Shown: piece by piece, positions 1 through 8,730 of the stretch
Layout of the letters: every line of letters starts with the position of its first letter
Numbering within the stretch: position 1 is the stretch's first letter
Sequence record: OZ035764.1
Reading direction: 5' to 3' (one strand)
DNA length: 44,422 nt
Source of the DNA: Kagunavirus 536P11
The notes under the pieces: model-generated
Seen by the model: only the letters and a program-made list of their open reading frames with translations
Told to the model about the DNA's origin: nothing
Databases searched by the model: none
Translations under genes and position numbers: made by a program

Positions 1-29
1 GTTACCACGAACATGGGTGAGGTAGGGGA

Positions 30-1280
30 ATGAGTATTCAGCTATCCGCTCCTCAGGCGCTGTTCCTTAACTGCGATAACAAATACAAGGCCTATGTCGG
101 TGGCTTCGGTAGCGGTAAGACGTTTGTTGGCTGTCTGGACCTGCTTACATTCATGCTTAAGCACCCCGGTACGCGCCTTGGTTACTTCGGCCCGACCTAC
201 CCGGCTATCCGCGACATCTTCTACCCGACATTCGAGGAAGCTGCTAACCTCCTGGGCCTTGATGTGCTGGTTAAATCCGGCGACAAAGAGGTCGTCGTTG
301 CGAGAGGTAAGACAGTAATCGGTACAGTAATCTGCCGTTCGATGGATAACCCAGGCTCTATCGTCGGTTTCAAAATAGCCGCGGCGGTCGTTGATGAACT
401 GGACGTTCTGAGCCGCGAGAAAGCGGAACTGGCGTGGAACAAAATCGTAGCCCGTATGCGTCTGGTTATCCCTGGAGTGGTAAACCACATCTCCGTTACC
501 ACGACACCGGAGGGATTCAAGTTCGTCTATGCCAAGTTCAAAGAGAACCCGACACCTAGCTACTCGATGGTGCAGGCTTCCACACACGAGAATGCGCGGT
601 TCCTCCCGCCGGATTACATTAGCTCGCTGACCGAGACTTACCCCGCGCAGCTGATTAACGCGTATCTTAACGGGGAGTTCGTCAACCTGACATCCGGCAG
701 CGTGTATTACGCCTACGACCGGCGCAAGCACCGCAGCAAAGAGACAATTCAACCTGGTGACACTTTGTACATCGGCCAGGACTTCAACGTTACGAAGAAT
801 GCAAGCGCCGTGTATGTGCAACGTAAAGACGGCTGGCACGCAGTAGCAGAACTGAAAGGTCTGTTCGATACGCCGGATACCGTGCGTGTGATTACTGAGA
901 AGTGGAAGTCGCAAGGCCACCGCATCGTCGTGTATCCGGATGCCAGCGGCAAGAACCGCAAAACCAACTCGGCGTCAATCTCCGATATTGCGTTACTACA
1001 GCAGGCAGGGTTTGATGTTCGCGCTAAATCCGCCAACCCCCCTGTTAAAGACCGTGTTTTAGCGGTGAATACCGCGCTGGAAAAAGGTAAGCTGTGGGTT
1101 AACGACCACTTATGCCCTGAGATAGCGAAGACGCTGGAGCAGCAGGCATACGACGATAACGGGGAGCCCGCTAAAGATGGCATCATTGACCATATGGCGG
1201 ATGCTCTCGGCTATCCTGTAGTTTACGAGATGCCGGTGGTTAAACCAGTAATAAACATCCCGGTGACTTTCGCACTTTAA
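30..1280 (+). CDS. terL: terminase large subunit
   Basis: 416 aa ORF; Walker A-like GGFGSGKT near N-terminus; its ATG overlaps the TGA (31-33) that closes the terS frame running in from the window end; portal follows. Confidence 0.85.
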   Translation: MSIQLSAPQALFLNCDNKYKAYVGGFGSGKTFVGCLDLLTFMLKHPGTRLGYFGPTYPAIRDIFYPTFEEAANLLGLDVLVKSGDKEVVVARGKTVIGTVICRSMDNPGSIVGFKIAAAVVDELDVLSREKAELAWNKIVARMRLVIPGVVNHISVTTTPEGFKFVYAKFKENPTPSYSMVQASTHENARFLPPDYISSLTETYPAQLINAYLNGEFVNLTSGSVYYAYDRRKHRSKETIQPGDTLYIGQDFNVTKNASAVYVQRKDGWHAVAELKGLFDTPDTVRVITEKWKSQGHRIVVYPDASGKNRKTNSASISDIALLQQAGFDVRAKSANPPVKDRVLAVNTALEKGKLWVNDHLCPEIAKTLEQQAYDDNGEPAKDGIIDHMADALGYPVVYEMPVVKPVINIPVTFAL

Positions 1281-1292
1281 GAGGATTATTCA

Positions 1293-2774
1293 ATGTTAAC
1301 TATGAACGGTCAGAATCAGGGTGTTAAGACTAAACACCGGGAATGGCTGCATCACTTCGATAAATGGCAGAAGGTACGTCACGCACTGGAAGGCGACCTT
1401 ATCCGCTATCTTCGCAACGTCGGAAAGAACGAACCAGACCCAACCTACGCGGCCCAGCGCCAGGAAGAATATGAGAACGGTGCTATCTGCTACAACTTCA
1501 CTAAACGTACCCTGGCGGGGATGGTCGGCAGTGTCATGCGCAAAGACCCTGAGCAAATTATTCCGCCTGAACTGGAGTACCTGTTGCGTAACGCTGACGG
1601 TTCAGGCGTCGGGCTGTGGCAGCACGCGCAGGATACGTTAATGGAGATTGACTCGGTGGGTCGGGGCGGGTTGCTGGTTGACGCGCCGGAGACAGCCGCG
1701 GCAACGGCTGCAGAGCAGAACGCAGGGTTATTAAACCCGGTCATCGCATTCTACACCGCAGAGAACATCATCAACTGGCGACTGACCCGCGTCGGTTCTG
1801 TTAACCGTGTGACGATGGTCGTGTTGCGTGAAGTGTGGGAATACTCAGAACCTGGAGCAGAGTTCGAAACTAAGTTCGGTGAACAGTACCGCGTCCTTGA
1901 CCTGATTGATGGTCGCTACCGCCAGCGCATTTACCGTTTCGACGCCGAGGGCGGCGCTCAGGGCGAAGTAATCGAAATCTTCCCGAAACTCGGCGAACAG
2001 TTACGCGGCAAAATCCCGTTCACGTTCATTGGGGCGAGCAACAACGATGCCACCATTGACGATGCACCTTTGCTACCGTTAGCTGAGCTTAATATCGGAC
2101 ATTTCCGCAACAGTGCAGACAATGAGGAATCAAGCTTCGTTGTAGGCCAACCCACTCTGTTCATCGCCCCCGGTGAAAACATGAGCATGGAACAGTGGAA
2201 AGAAGCCAACCCCCACGGTGTGCGCATGGGGTCGCGTTCGGGTCATAACATCGGTTACGGCGGCAATGCGTTTCTGGTTCAGGCGGGAGAGAACAACCTC
2301 GCCAAGCAGAACATGCTGGATAAAGAGAATCAGGCAATCCAGATTGGTGCGCAGCTTATCACCCCGACGCAGCAAATCACCGCTGAATCGGCCCGCCTGC
2401 AACGTGGCGCTGATACATCCGTTATGGCGACAATCGCGTGTAACGTAAGCATGGCGTATACAGATGCGCTGCGCTGGGTAGCTGCGATGCTTGGGCTACG
2501 TGAAGATACAGAGATTGAGTTTAAACTTAACATGGAGTTCTTCCTGCAACCGATGACCGCTCAGGACCGTGCTCAGTGGATGGCCGATATTAACGCGGGC
2601 CTGTTACCGGCTACGGCTTATTACGCAGCATTGCGCAAGGCGGGGGTTACTGACTGGACTGACGAGGAGATTAAGACTGCGATTGAGGACGCGCCCCTAC
2701 CGTTAGGTGCTGTTGCTCAGGTGGCAGGGGAGATTCCGCAGTCGGCACGGCAACAAGACGCCGCTCAGCAATAA
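1293..2774 (+). CDS. portal protein
   Basis: 493 aa ORF directly after terL; size and position typical of portal; RBS-like GAGGA upstream. Confidence 0.7.
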   Translation: MLTMNGQNQGVKTKHREWLHHFDKWQKVRHALEGDLIRYLRNVGKNEPDPTYAAQRQEEYENGAICYNFTKRTLAGMVGSVMRKDPEQIIPPELEYLLRNADGSGVGLWQHAQDTLMEIDSVGRGGLLVDAPETAAATAAEQNAGLLNPVIAFYTAENIINWRLTRVGSVNRVTMVVLREVWEYSEPGAEFETKFGEQYRVLDLIDGRYRQRIYRFDAEGGAQGEVIEIFPKLGEQLRGKIPFTFIGASNNDATIDDAPLLPLAELNIGHFRNSADNEESSFVVGQPTLFIAPGENMSMEQWKEANPHGVRMGSRSGHNIGYGGNAFLVQAGENNLAKQNMLDKENQAIQIGAQLITPTQQITAESARLQRGADTSVMATIACNVSMAYTDALRWVAAMLGLREDTEIEFKLNMEFFLQPMTAQDRAQWMADINAGLLPATAYYAALRKAGVTDWTDEEIKTAIEDAPLPLGAVAQVAGEIPQSARQQDAAQQ

Positions 2775-2784
2775 GTCCGCATAT

Positions 2785-2806
2785 AGCCCCGAAAGGGGCT
2801 TTCTTA
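2785..2806 (+). terminator. intrinsic terminator-like hairpin (AGCCCC-GAAA-GGGGCT then TTCTTA)
   Basis: GC stem with GNRA tetraloop followed by T-rich tract, just after portal stop. Confidence 0.45.
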
Positions 2807-2810
2807 TAGT

Positions 2811-3887
2811 ATGCTATTAACTTTAGCACCACAGGGTTTATCTATGAGCTTACTTACATCCCTAATCAGTCACCAGATATGGCTACAACGCACCGCATCT
2901 GGTGAAGTGAAAGACCTTGCGCCATTTCTTCAGGAAATGCGAGACGAAATCAAACGGCAGGTGCTGTTATTCGGTGACGACGGGCGAAGCACTGCACGAC
3001 TGAATAAATTGTTGCGCGACCTCGAAGAAGCACTGGCGGGGCTTACAGGCGACTGGCAGACAAAGCTGACAGAAGACCTTAAGGAACTGGCGGCGTGCGA
3101 GGCGGAGTGGAACGTAAAGACACTTAACGCCAACGTAAATGCGGAATTTGTTACGCCCACCGCCGAACAGGTGTGGGCTGCTGCTGAGTTTCAACCGCTC
3201 TCATTGAGCGGCAAGCCTGTTGATTTCTCTAAGCTGATGACCGGCTGGGGTGAAACCGAAGTCGCGCGCCTCGTAACCGGCGTTAAGATGGGTTTCGTAC
3301 AAGGTCAGACGACACGGCAGATTGTTAAGAATGTCATAGGCGCTGGCGGACTGGCTGACATCTCTGAACGCAACGCCGCTACGGTGATACGCACCGCGTT
3401 GTCGCACGTGTCCAACGAAGCCCGCAACGAGACATACCGACAGAATGACGACATCATCGAGAAATACGAATGGGTGTCAACGCTGGACAGCCGTACCAGT
3501 ACGATTTGCAGAGCCAGAGACGGAATGACGTGGGAAATCGGTAAAGGACCGATGCCCCCGGCCCATTTTGGGTGCAGAAGTACCACGGCCCCTGTAATAA
3601 GTTCAGAGTTCGACTTCCTGGATAAAGGTGCAAAACGGGCGGCTAAAGGCGCAGATGGTGGTACTCAGGTAAGCGCAGACACCACTTATTACGACTTTCT
3701 GAAACAGCAACCGGCATGGTTCGTGGATGAAGCACTCGGACCTACCCGCGGTGCTATATTCAGGAATAGTGGGATATCCCCAGAGGAATTCCGGGTAATA
3801 TCCGTCGACGCTTTTGGTAGACCTTTAACCTTGAAGGAGATGGCGGCGTTAGATAACAGGGTTGCTGAATATCTTAGGTCGGTATAA
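2811..3887 (+). CDS. head morphogenesis / minor capsid protein
   Basis: 358 aa ORF between portal and scaffold-capsid genes; assignment by position only. Confidence 0.45.
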   Translation: MLLTLAPQGLSMSLLTSLISHQIWLQRTASGEVKDLAPFLQEMRDEIKRQVLLFGDDGRSTARLNKLLRDLEEALAGLTGDWQTKLTEDLKELAACEAEWNVKTLNANVNAEFVTPTAEQVWAAAEFQPLSLSGKPVDFSKLMTGWGETEVARLVTGVKMGFVQGQTTRQIVKNVIGAGGLADISERNAATVIRTALSHVSNEARNETYRQNDDIIEKYEWVSTLDSRTSTICRARDGMTWEIGKGPMPPAHFGCRSTTAPVISSEFDFLDKGAKRAAKGADGGTQVSADTTYYDFLKQQPAWFVDEALGPTRGAIFRNSGISPEEFRVISVDAFGRPLTLKEMAALDNRVAEYLRSV

Positions 3888-3945
3888 AGTATATCTAGTA
3901 GCTAGCTTTGGTCGGTGAACTACTAAAAATAGAGAAAGAATATAA

Positions 3946-3996
3946 CCCCATGAAGGTATGCCTATCTCTGGCATCGACCAATCTTCATGGGGTTTT
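3946..3996 (+). terminator. nested stem-loop plus T-tract (terminator-like)
   Basis: 10-bp inverted repeat CCCCATGAAG / CTTCATGGGG (3946-3955 / 3983-3992) enclosing inner stem ATGCC / GGCAT, followed by TTTT. Confidence 0.45.
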
Positions 3997-4011
3997 CTTA
4001 TAGGGTTTAAT

Positions 4012-4581
4012 ATGGGAATTGTTTTTGGTGTGGGTATTAACGATGTTTCACCAATAAGTTGCGGAGGGGTGCATATAGCGTCCTACGCCGTATGGAAGAA
4101 CATGTTAAAGAGGTGCTACGACAAGAAATGGCAGCAAAGAAACAGAACTTATATAGGTTGCCGCGTGTCGGACGATTGGTTGGTGTTCAGTAATTTCAAG
4201 GTCTGGTTTGATGATTTTTATGTACCTGGGTGGCAGATAGATAAGGATTTACTTAACCCGGGAAATAAGGTTTACGATGCTTCTAACTGTGTTTTCATCC
4301 CTAAATCCCTCAATACTTTCCTAACAGCCCACGACGCTCTTCGAGGCGAACACCCACTCGGCGTACATTTCCATAAACAAAAGAAAAGATTCATCGCTCA
4401 AGTATCCGTGGATGGCGTATCTGAACAAATAGGCGCTTACGAAACCGCTCAAGAGGCACACGTAGCATGGTTTCATAGAAAAATTGAATTAGCATATGAA
4501 TACAAAGGTCTTTGCGATAGCATAGACCCACGCCTTTTCGAAGGCGTCTTACGTAAGATTAACTCAATGAAAGAGGTTTAG
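4012..4581 (+). CDS. HNH-AP2 type homing endonuclease-like protein
   Basis: C-terminal AP2-like DNA-binding segment (GVHFHKQKKRFIAQVSV...AHVAWFHRK); ORF-track start 3958 lies inside the upstream hairpin, so ATG 4012 preferred. Confidence 0.5.
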   Translation: MGIVFGVGINDVSPISCGGVHIASYAVWKNMLKRCYDKKWQQRNRTYIGCRVSDDWLVFSNFKVWFDDFYVPGWQIDKDLLNPGNKVYDASNCVFIPKSLNTFLTAHDALRGEHPLGVHFHKQKKRFIAQVSVDGVSEQIGAYETAQEAHVAWFHRKIELAYEYKGLCDSIDPRLFEGVLRKINSMKEV

Positions 4582-4584
4582 TTT

Positions 4585-5043
4585 ATGGGCTTTTTCAAAG
4601 TAACTGATGTGCTGTCACGTCGTGTAGTCCAGTACGCCCGCGTGTCTGGCTCTGGCGAGAACGTGGTATTTATCGAAGATGAAAGTGTACTGGGTACACC
4701 AGTAGACGATATGCCGTTTGCGGATAAAACCGGTATTGCGTTGCCAGCCGCGGGTATGCTTTATGAAATTCCGTATCTGGCTGACGCAGGCGACGTGTAC
4801 TTCTCGGCGCAACCGCAGGACGCTGAACTGGCGGACGGCAGCGCAACTATCACTGTCGAAGTTAAGGCGGGCAAAGCGCCGTATGCTCTTACCTGGTACA
4901 AAGACGGTAAGGAAGTTGTAAACGCACCTGAAGAGGCCTTGTCTCTGACGGTTAACGCAGCAGGTGAATACTTCGTTAAAGTCACCGATGCCGGTGGCGT
5001 AGAGGCCGTCAGTAAAGCGGCGAAGGTAACTAAGCCAGAATGA
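4585..5043 (+). CDS. Ig-like domain protein (possible capsid/virion decoration)
   Basis: 152 aa; C-terminal segment with PYALTWYKDGK Ig-like signature shared with ORF 8161-8511. Confidence 0.45.
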   Translation: MGFFKVTDVLSRRVVQYARVSGSGENVVFIEDESVLGTPVDDMPFADKTGIALPAAGMLYEIPYLADAGDVYFSAQPQDAELADGSATITVEVKAGKAPYALTWYKDGKEVVNAPEEALSLTVNAAGEYFVKVTDAGGVEAVSKAAKVTKPE

Positions 5044-5044
5044 T

Positions 5045-5069
5045 AAAAAGCCCCGTTAAGGGGCTTTTT
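5045..5069. terminator. intrinsic terminator (AAAAAGCCCC-GTTAA-GGGGCTTTTT)
   Basis: perfect GC stem flanked by A-run and T-run immediately after stop at 5043. Confidence 0.7.
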
Positions 5070-5133
5070 AGTGCCTGTGATTATTCCAGTTATTCCACTA
5101 AATTGTAAATGTTGGAATAAACTATTCGAATAG

Positions 5134-5162
5134 TTGACTTTTCACTGAAAATATGATAAGCT
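5134..5162 (+). promoter_or_regulatory. sigma70-like promoter TTGACT-17-TGaTAAGCT (extended -10)
   Basis: TTGACT 5134-5139, TG 5154-5155, TAAGCT 5157-5162; same architecture at 37080-37108; palindrome AACTATTCGAATAGTT (5120-5135) overlaps the -35. Confidence 0.5.
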
Positions 5163-5166
5163 CCAC

Positions 5167-5370
5167 CTGAGCTTGTGAAGTATGAACAAGCGACCGCGGC
5201 GCGGGCAGGTAACGGAGCGGGACGTAAGTCCTGAGTGTAGTTACGCTGACGCGTTCGGAAGGGCCATACTCTATTGCTTGTGTAAAAAGTAACTGGTTTA
5301 CTGAGATTACGCCGTTTCTATGTTTAAATGATAAGGACTAGCGCCCCGCTTTATGGCGGGGCTTTACTTA
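5167..5370 (+). ncRNA. candidate structured small RNA, copy A (boundaries approximate)
   Basis: no conserved ORF; blocks CTGAGCTTGTGA, CAAGCGACCGCGG and GAGTGTAGTTaCGCTGaCGCgTTCGGAAGGGCCA shared with 37112-37349; hairpins GCTTGT/ACAAGC and GGGAC-GUAA-GUCCU; ends in GCCCCGC/GCGGGGC hairpin plus T-tract. Confidence 0.4.
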
Positions 5371-5386
5371 TCGAGAAAGGAGAAAC

Positions 5387-5773
5387 ATGAATCTTAAAGC
5401 AACTGTCGTAGCGGGAGCATGTTTCATCATCCTGGCTTACGCACACGGCATCTACCAGTATCGCAGCGGCTGGAACGAAGGCCGGGCGAATCTCGTTTCG
5501 CAGCAACAGCAGAAAGCACAGGCTGAGTTAGCGAAGAAAACACAACGGCAGCAGCAGGACGAATCAAAGGCCGCAGCCGCTGACAACGAAGGCAAGACGA
5601 AATCAGAGGTGATTACCCGTGAAGTCGTTAAGTACATTAAAACGCCTGGTCGCAGCGTGTGCACTTTTGACACTGAGCGCGTGCAACTCAAGTCCCGCGC
5701 CGTCACCAACGCCAATTCCATCCCCGGATACGACAATGATGCAGCCGCCGTGCAAACTGGCCGCGCCAAGTAG
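5387..5773 (+). CDS. Rz: i-spanin (Rz-like)
   Basis: N-terminal TM helix then charged Q/A/K-rich periplasmic region; encloses start of an overlapping +1-frame lipoprotein ORF. Confidence 0.6.
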   Translation: MNLKATVVAGACFIILAYAHGIYQYRSGWNEGRANLVSQQQQKAQAELAKKTQRQQQDESKAAAADNEGKTKSEVITREVVKYIKTPGRSVCTFDTERVQLKSRAVTNANSIPGYDNDAAAVQTGRAK

Positions 5774-5882
5774 CGATGCCGACGAGGATTTGGCTATCGA
5801 CGTCCAGAACGCCGAATGTGTACGGCAACTGAGGCTGAAAGTGTTCATGTTGCAGGATTACGTGAGGAATATTCTGGAATAG
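5619..5882 (+). CDS. Rz1: o-spanin (Rz1-like lipoprotein)
   Basis: starts inside Rz in another frame; signal peptide with lipobox LSAC; Pro-rich mature region including MQPP. Confidence 0.55.
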   Translation: MKSLSTLKRLVAACALLTLSACNSSPAPSPTPIPSPDTTMMQPPCKLAAPSSDADEDLAIDVQNAECVRQLRLKVFMLQDYVRNILE

Positions 5883-5964
5883 TTGCCTTGCATGTTGGAA
5901 TAATTTATTCTTGACATGTAAATCCGGGCGGCCCGGGTTCCAACGTCCAGGGGACATACTGACT

Positions 5965-6666
5965 ATGAATCGTTTTTTACGTTATCCGTTCCAGGAAGAA
6001 GCTGGAGCAGAAGATAAAGCTGGTGGCGGTGACGCACCAAAAATGTTCACCGCTGAAGAAGTTCAGGCGCTGATTGAGAAAGAAGTTGCCGGGCTTAAGG
6101 CAAATCAGGAAGCGTTGCTGGCGGAGAAGAAAGAAGCCGCTCGCAAAGCAAAAGAGGCCGAAGAACAACGGCAGCGCGCGCACCAGGAGGCGTTAAAGGC
6201 TGCTGGTAAGATGGACGAGTTCGAAAAAACGATTCGTAGCCAGTATGACCCGGTGTTAGCCGAGAAAGATGGTCGCATCTCCAAAATGGCGGAGCGCATC
6301 CTCGGCAGCGAACGTAAAGCGGTGTTAGGCTCTTTTGCGGGTGACTTTATTACCCCGGAAGCAGCGGACATTCTTGCACCGTTCGTCAAGACTGAGTTCG
6401 AAGGTGATGATGTGGTTACTAAGTTTGTCGGCCCAGACGGCAACGTAATCACGACTGACCCGGAACAGTTCCGCAAATACCTGCGCGAACACAAAGCGTT
6501 TTCGCATTTGATTAAAGCAAATGCAGCTTCCGGCGGCGGGGCTTCCGGTAGCAAAGGCGGCGGGGCCGCACCAGCGTTTAAAGACATGAGTGAAGCAGAG
6601 CGTTTAGCCCTGTATAAATCGAACCCTGCCGAATTTGAACGGCAACTTAAAGCCCTGAGGAAATAA
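5965..6666 (+). CDS. scaffolding protein
   Basis: A/E/K-rich coiled-coil-like protein directly upstream of major capsid gene; ATG 5965 preferred over track start 5911. Confidence 0.6.
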   Translation: MNRFLRYPFQEEAGAEDKAGGGDAPKMFTAEEVQALIEKEVAGLKANQEALLAEKKEAARKAKEAEEQRQRAHQEALKAAGKMDEFEKTIRSQYDPVLAEKDGRISKMAERILGSERKAVLGSFAGDFITPEAADILAPFVKTEFEGDDVVTKFVGPDGNVITTDPEQFRKYLREHKAFSHLIKANAASGGGASGSKGGGAAPAFKDMSEAERLALYKSNPAEFERQLKALRK

Positions 6667-6668
6667 TA

Positions 6669-7718
6669 ATGGCAATTACCACTATCGGCGATATCGTAAC
6701 TGGCAACATCCCGGTCCTGGCGTCTTACATGACCGAGGACCCGGTAGAAAAAACTGCGTTCTTCCAGTCCGGTATTCTGACCCCGACTCCGTACGCTGCC
6801 GAGATTGCCCGCGGCCCGTCCAACGTCGCTAATATTCCGTTCTGGAAAGCGATTGACACTTCCATCGAGCCTAACTACTCGAACGACGTATACCAGGACA
6901 TCGCTACCCCGCGTAACGTGCAGACCGGCGAGATGATGGCGCGCGTTGCATACCTGAACGAAGGCTTTGGCCAGGCGGACCTGACCGTTGAACTGACCAG
7001 CCAGAACCCGCTGCAATCTGTGGCTTCTCGCCTGGATAACTTCTGGCAGCGTCAGGCACAACGCCGTCTGATTGCTACCGCGCTCGGTCTGTACAATGAC
7101 AACGTAGCTGCTACCGACGCATACCATGAGCAGAACGACATGGTAATCGACGTGTCCTCTACTCTGGGCTTCGACGCTGGCGCGTTCATCGACGCTACCC
7201 AGACTATGGGTGATGCACTGATGGGTAACGGTGGTGAAGTGCTGGGCGCTATCGCTATGCACAGCTTCGTATACGCGCAGGCGCGTAAGCAGCAGCTCAT
7301 TGACTTCACCAGAGACGCCGACAACGACACCCTGTTTGCCACCTACCAGGGCTACCGTGTGATTGTTGACGACAGCATGACTGTAGTCGGTACCGGCAGC
7401 AGCCGTAAGTTCATCTCCATCATCTTCGGCAACGGCGCTATCGGTTACGGAGAAGGTAACCCGACCAATCCGCTGGCATATGAGCGCGAAGAGTCCCGCG
7501 GCAACGGCGGTGGCGTCGAAACCCTGTGGACACGTAAGACTTGGTTGCTGCACCCACTGGGCTACCGCTTCACCAGCGCGGTGATCACCGGCAACGGCAC
7601 CGAGACCGTCGCACGCTCCGCTTCCTGGCAGGACCTGGCGAACGCCTCCAACTGGAACCGTGTTGTTGGCCGTAAGCACGTACCGATTGCCTTCCTGGTA
7701 ACTGGTGTAGGGGCTTAA
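6669..7718 (+). CDS. major capsid protein
   Basis: 349 aa ORF after scaffold, followed by strong terminator; position and size typical. Confidence 0.75.
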   Translation: MAITTIGDIVTGNIPVLASYMTEDPVEKTAFFQSGILTPTPYAAEIARGPSNVANIPFWKAIDTSIEPNYSNDVYQDIATPRNVQTGEMMARVAYLNEGFGQADLTVELTSQNPLQSVASRLDNFWQRQAQRRLIATALGLYNDNVAATDAYHEQNDMVIDVSSTLGFDAGAFIDATQTMGDALMGNGGEVLGAIAMHSFVYAQARKQQLIDFTRDADNDTLFATYQGYRVIVDDSMTVVGTGSSRKFISIIFGNGAIGYGEGNPTNPLAYEREESRGNGGGVETLWTRKTWLLHPLGYRFTSAVITGNGTETVARSASWQDLANASNWNRVVGRKHVPIAFLVTGVGA

Positions 7719-7733
7719 GGTTAAGCTATAATC

Positions 7734-7758
7734 GAGAGGGACTTCGGTCCCTCTTTTC
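7734..7758 (+). terminator. intrinsic terminator (AGAGGGA-CTTCGG-TCCCTCT-TTTT)
   Basis: GC stem-loop plus T-run right after capsid stop. Confidence 0.7.
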
Positions 7759-7777
7759 ATTTACTAAGAGGTGAATT

Positions 7778-8149
7778 ATGGCTAAGACCGGAAAAGGCTT
7801 GCCGCGCAGCCTTCAGAATGTCGACTTCGGCGACCTGGACATCAGCGTAGGCTGAGGAGAAGTAACAGGTAAACCGGCGGTAATCGCGGCGGGGGCGACC
7901 CAATATGCGGCACGTACCGCTATTGGTGCAGGTACGTCAAGCCTTGCGATCGGAACAACTTCGACTACCGCGATGGCGGGAAATAAGTTCGTTCAGGGTG
8001 CTGCGGTTACAGACGTCGGCACGCAGACCGTTACGGGTGAAGAGGCTGCCGCGGTTGCTACGTCCGCACAGACTGCGGTTAACGCGGTAGGCACTCAACT
8101 TAACGCCTTACTGGCACAACTTCGTGCCGCTAAAATCATCGCATCCTGA
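7778..8149 (+). CDS. small structural protein ORF interrupted by in-frame TGA at 7853-7855
   Basis: strong RBS AAGAGGTG before ATG 7778; frame stays open in same phase after the TGA to 8149; no start codon in frame between 7856 and 7972. Confidence 0.35.
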
Positions 8150-8160
8150 GGAGCTTAAAA

Positions 8161-8511
8161 ATGGTTGATGTAATTAAACGTCGTATTACTGGTGTGTCCG
8201 CCGATACCGTGGGTGCTAAAATCGATATGGCAAATATCTCGCCAGCGTCTTTCTCTTCCGCGCTGGCGGCTACTACCTCCGTTACCGCAGGTGAAACCAT
8301 GACACTGACCGTAACCGTAACGGGCGGTCTGGAGCCGTATTCCTACCAGTGGTACAAGAACAACAACGCTATCGCCGGGGCGAACGCTGCTTCCTATGTG
8401 AAGGCGTCCACTACTACCGCAGATTCCGGTACGTATAAAGTGGTTGTTCGCGATGTGTATGGTAATATTATCTCCAGCAGCACTGTAGCAACTGTAGCAA
8501 CTGTGTCTTAA
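8161..8511 (+). CDS. Ig-like domain protein (possible head decoration)
   Basis: 116 aa with EPYSYQWYKNN...GTYKVVVRD Ig-like signature. Confidence 0.5.
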   Translation: MVDVIKRRITGVSADTVGAKIDMANISPASFSSALAATTSVTAGETMTLTVTVTGGLEPYSYQWYKNNNAIAGANAASYVKASTTTADSGTYKVVVRDVYGNIISSSTVATVATVS

Positions 8512-8547
8512 TGCGACGGCCCTTCGGGGCCGTAATAAGGAAAGGTC

Positions 8548-8727
8548 ATGGCAGATAATTATGTAATCCGCGAAAAATACACCCACGTTGATGTTGTTGA
8601 CGGTCAGGTGATACCAGTTCGCGGTGTTGTAGAAGCGGACGAGCTGGTTGCAACCCAACCGGACAGCGAAGAAGCGCACAACAACGGCGGCGGTACTAAG
8701 CGTCGTCGCCGTAAGTCAGAGGAATAA
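8548..8727 (+). CDS. hypothetical small protein (59 aa, not in ORF track)
   Basis: ATG 8548 with AAGGAAAGG RBS; ends in basic tail KRRRRKSEE; fills gap between annotated ORFs. Confidence 0.45.
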   Translation: MADNYVIREKYTHVDVVDGQVIPVRGVVEADELVATQPDSEEAHNNGGGTKRRRRKSEE

Positions 8728-8730
8728 TTT

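Noticed and set aside
3958-4011. N-terminal extension of the HNH-AP2 ORF (track start 3958)
   Set aside because: The ATG lies inside the loop of the upstream terminator-like hairpin (3946-3992) and its first codons encode the stem and T-tract; downstream ATG 4012 is more plausible.
5109-5120. 12-mer ATGTTGGAATAA repeated at 5892-5903
   Set aside because: A single exact 12-mer repeat is expected by chance in 44 kb; its spacing to the nearby -35 elements differs (13 vs 7 nt).
6105-7760. 551-aa minus-strand ORF spanning the scaffold and major capsid region
   Set aside because: Antisense to two well-supported plus-strand genes with RBSs and a terminator; Arg/Ser/Ala-rich low-complexity translation typical of a GC-rich antisense frame.
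7905-8090. 61-aa ORF in another frame within the 7778-8149 region
   Set aside because: Arg/Leu-rich nonsense translation; the co-linear frame carrying the in-frame TGA has the RBS and coding-like composition.
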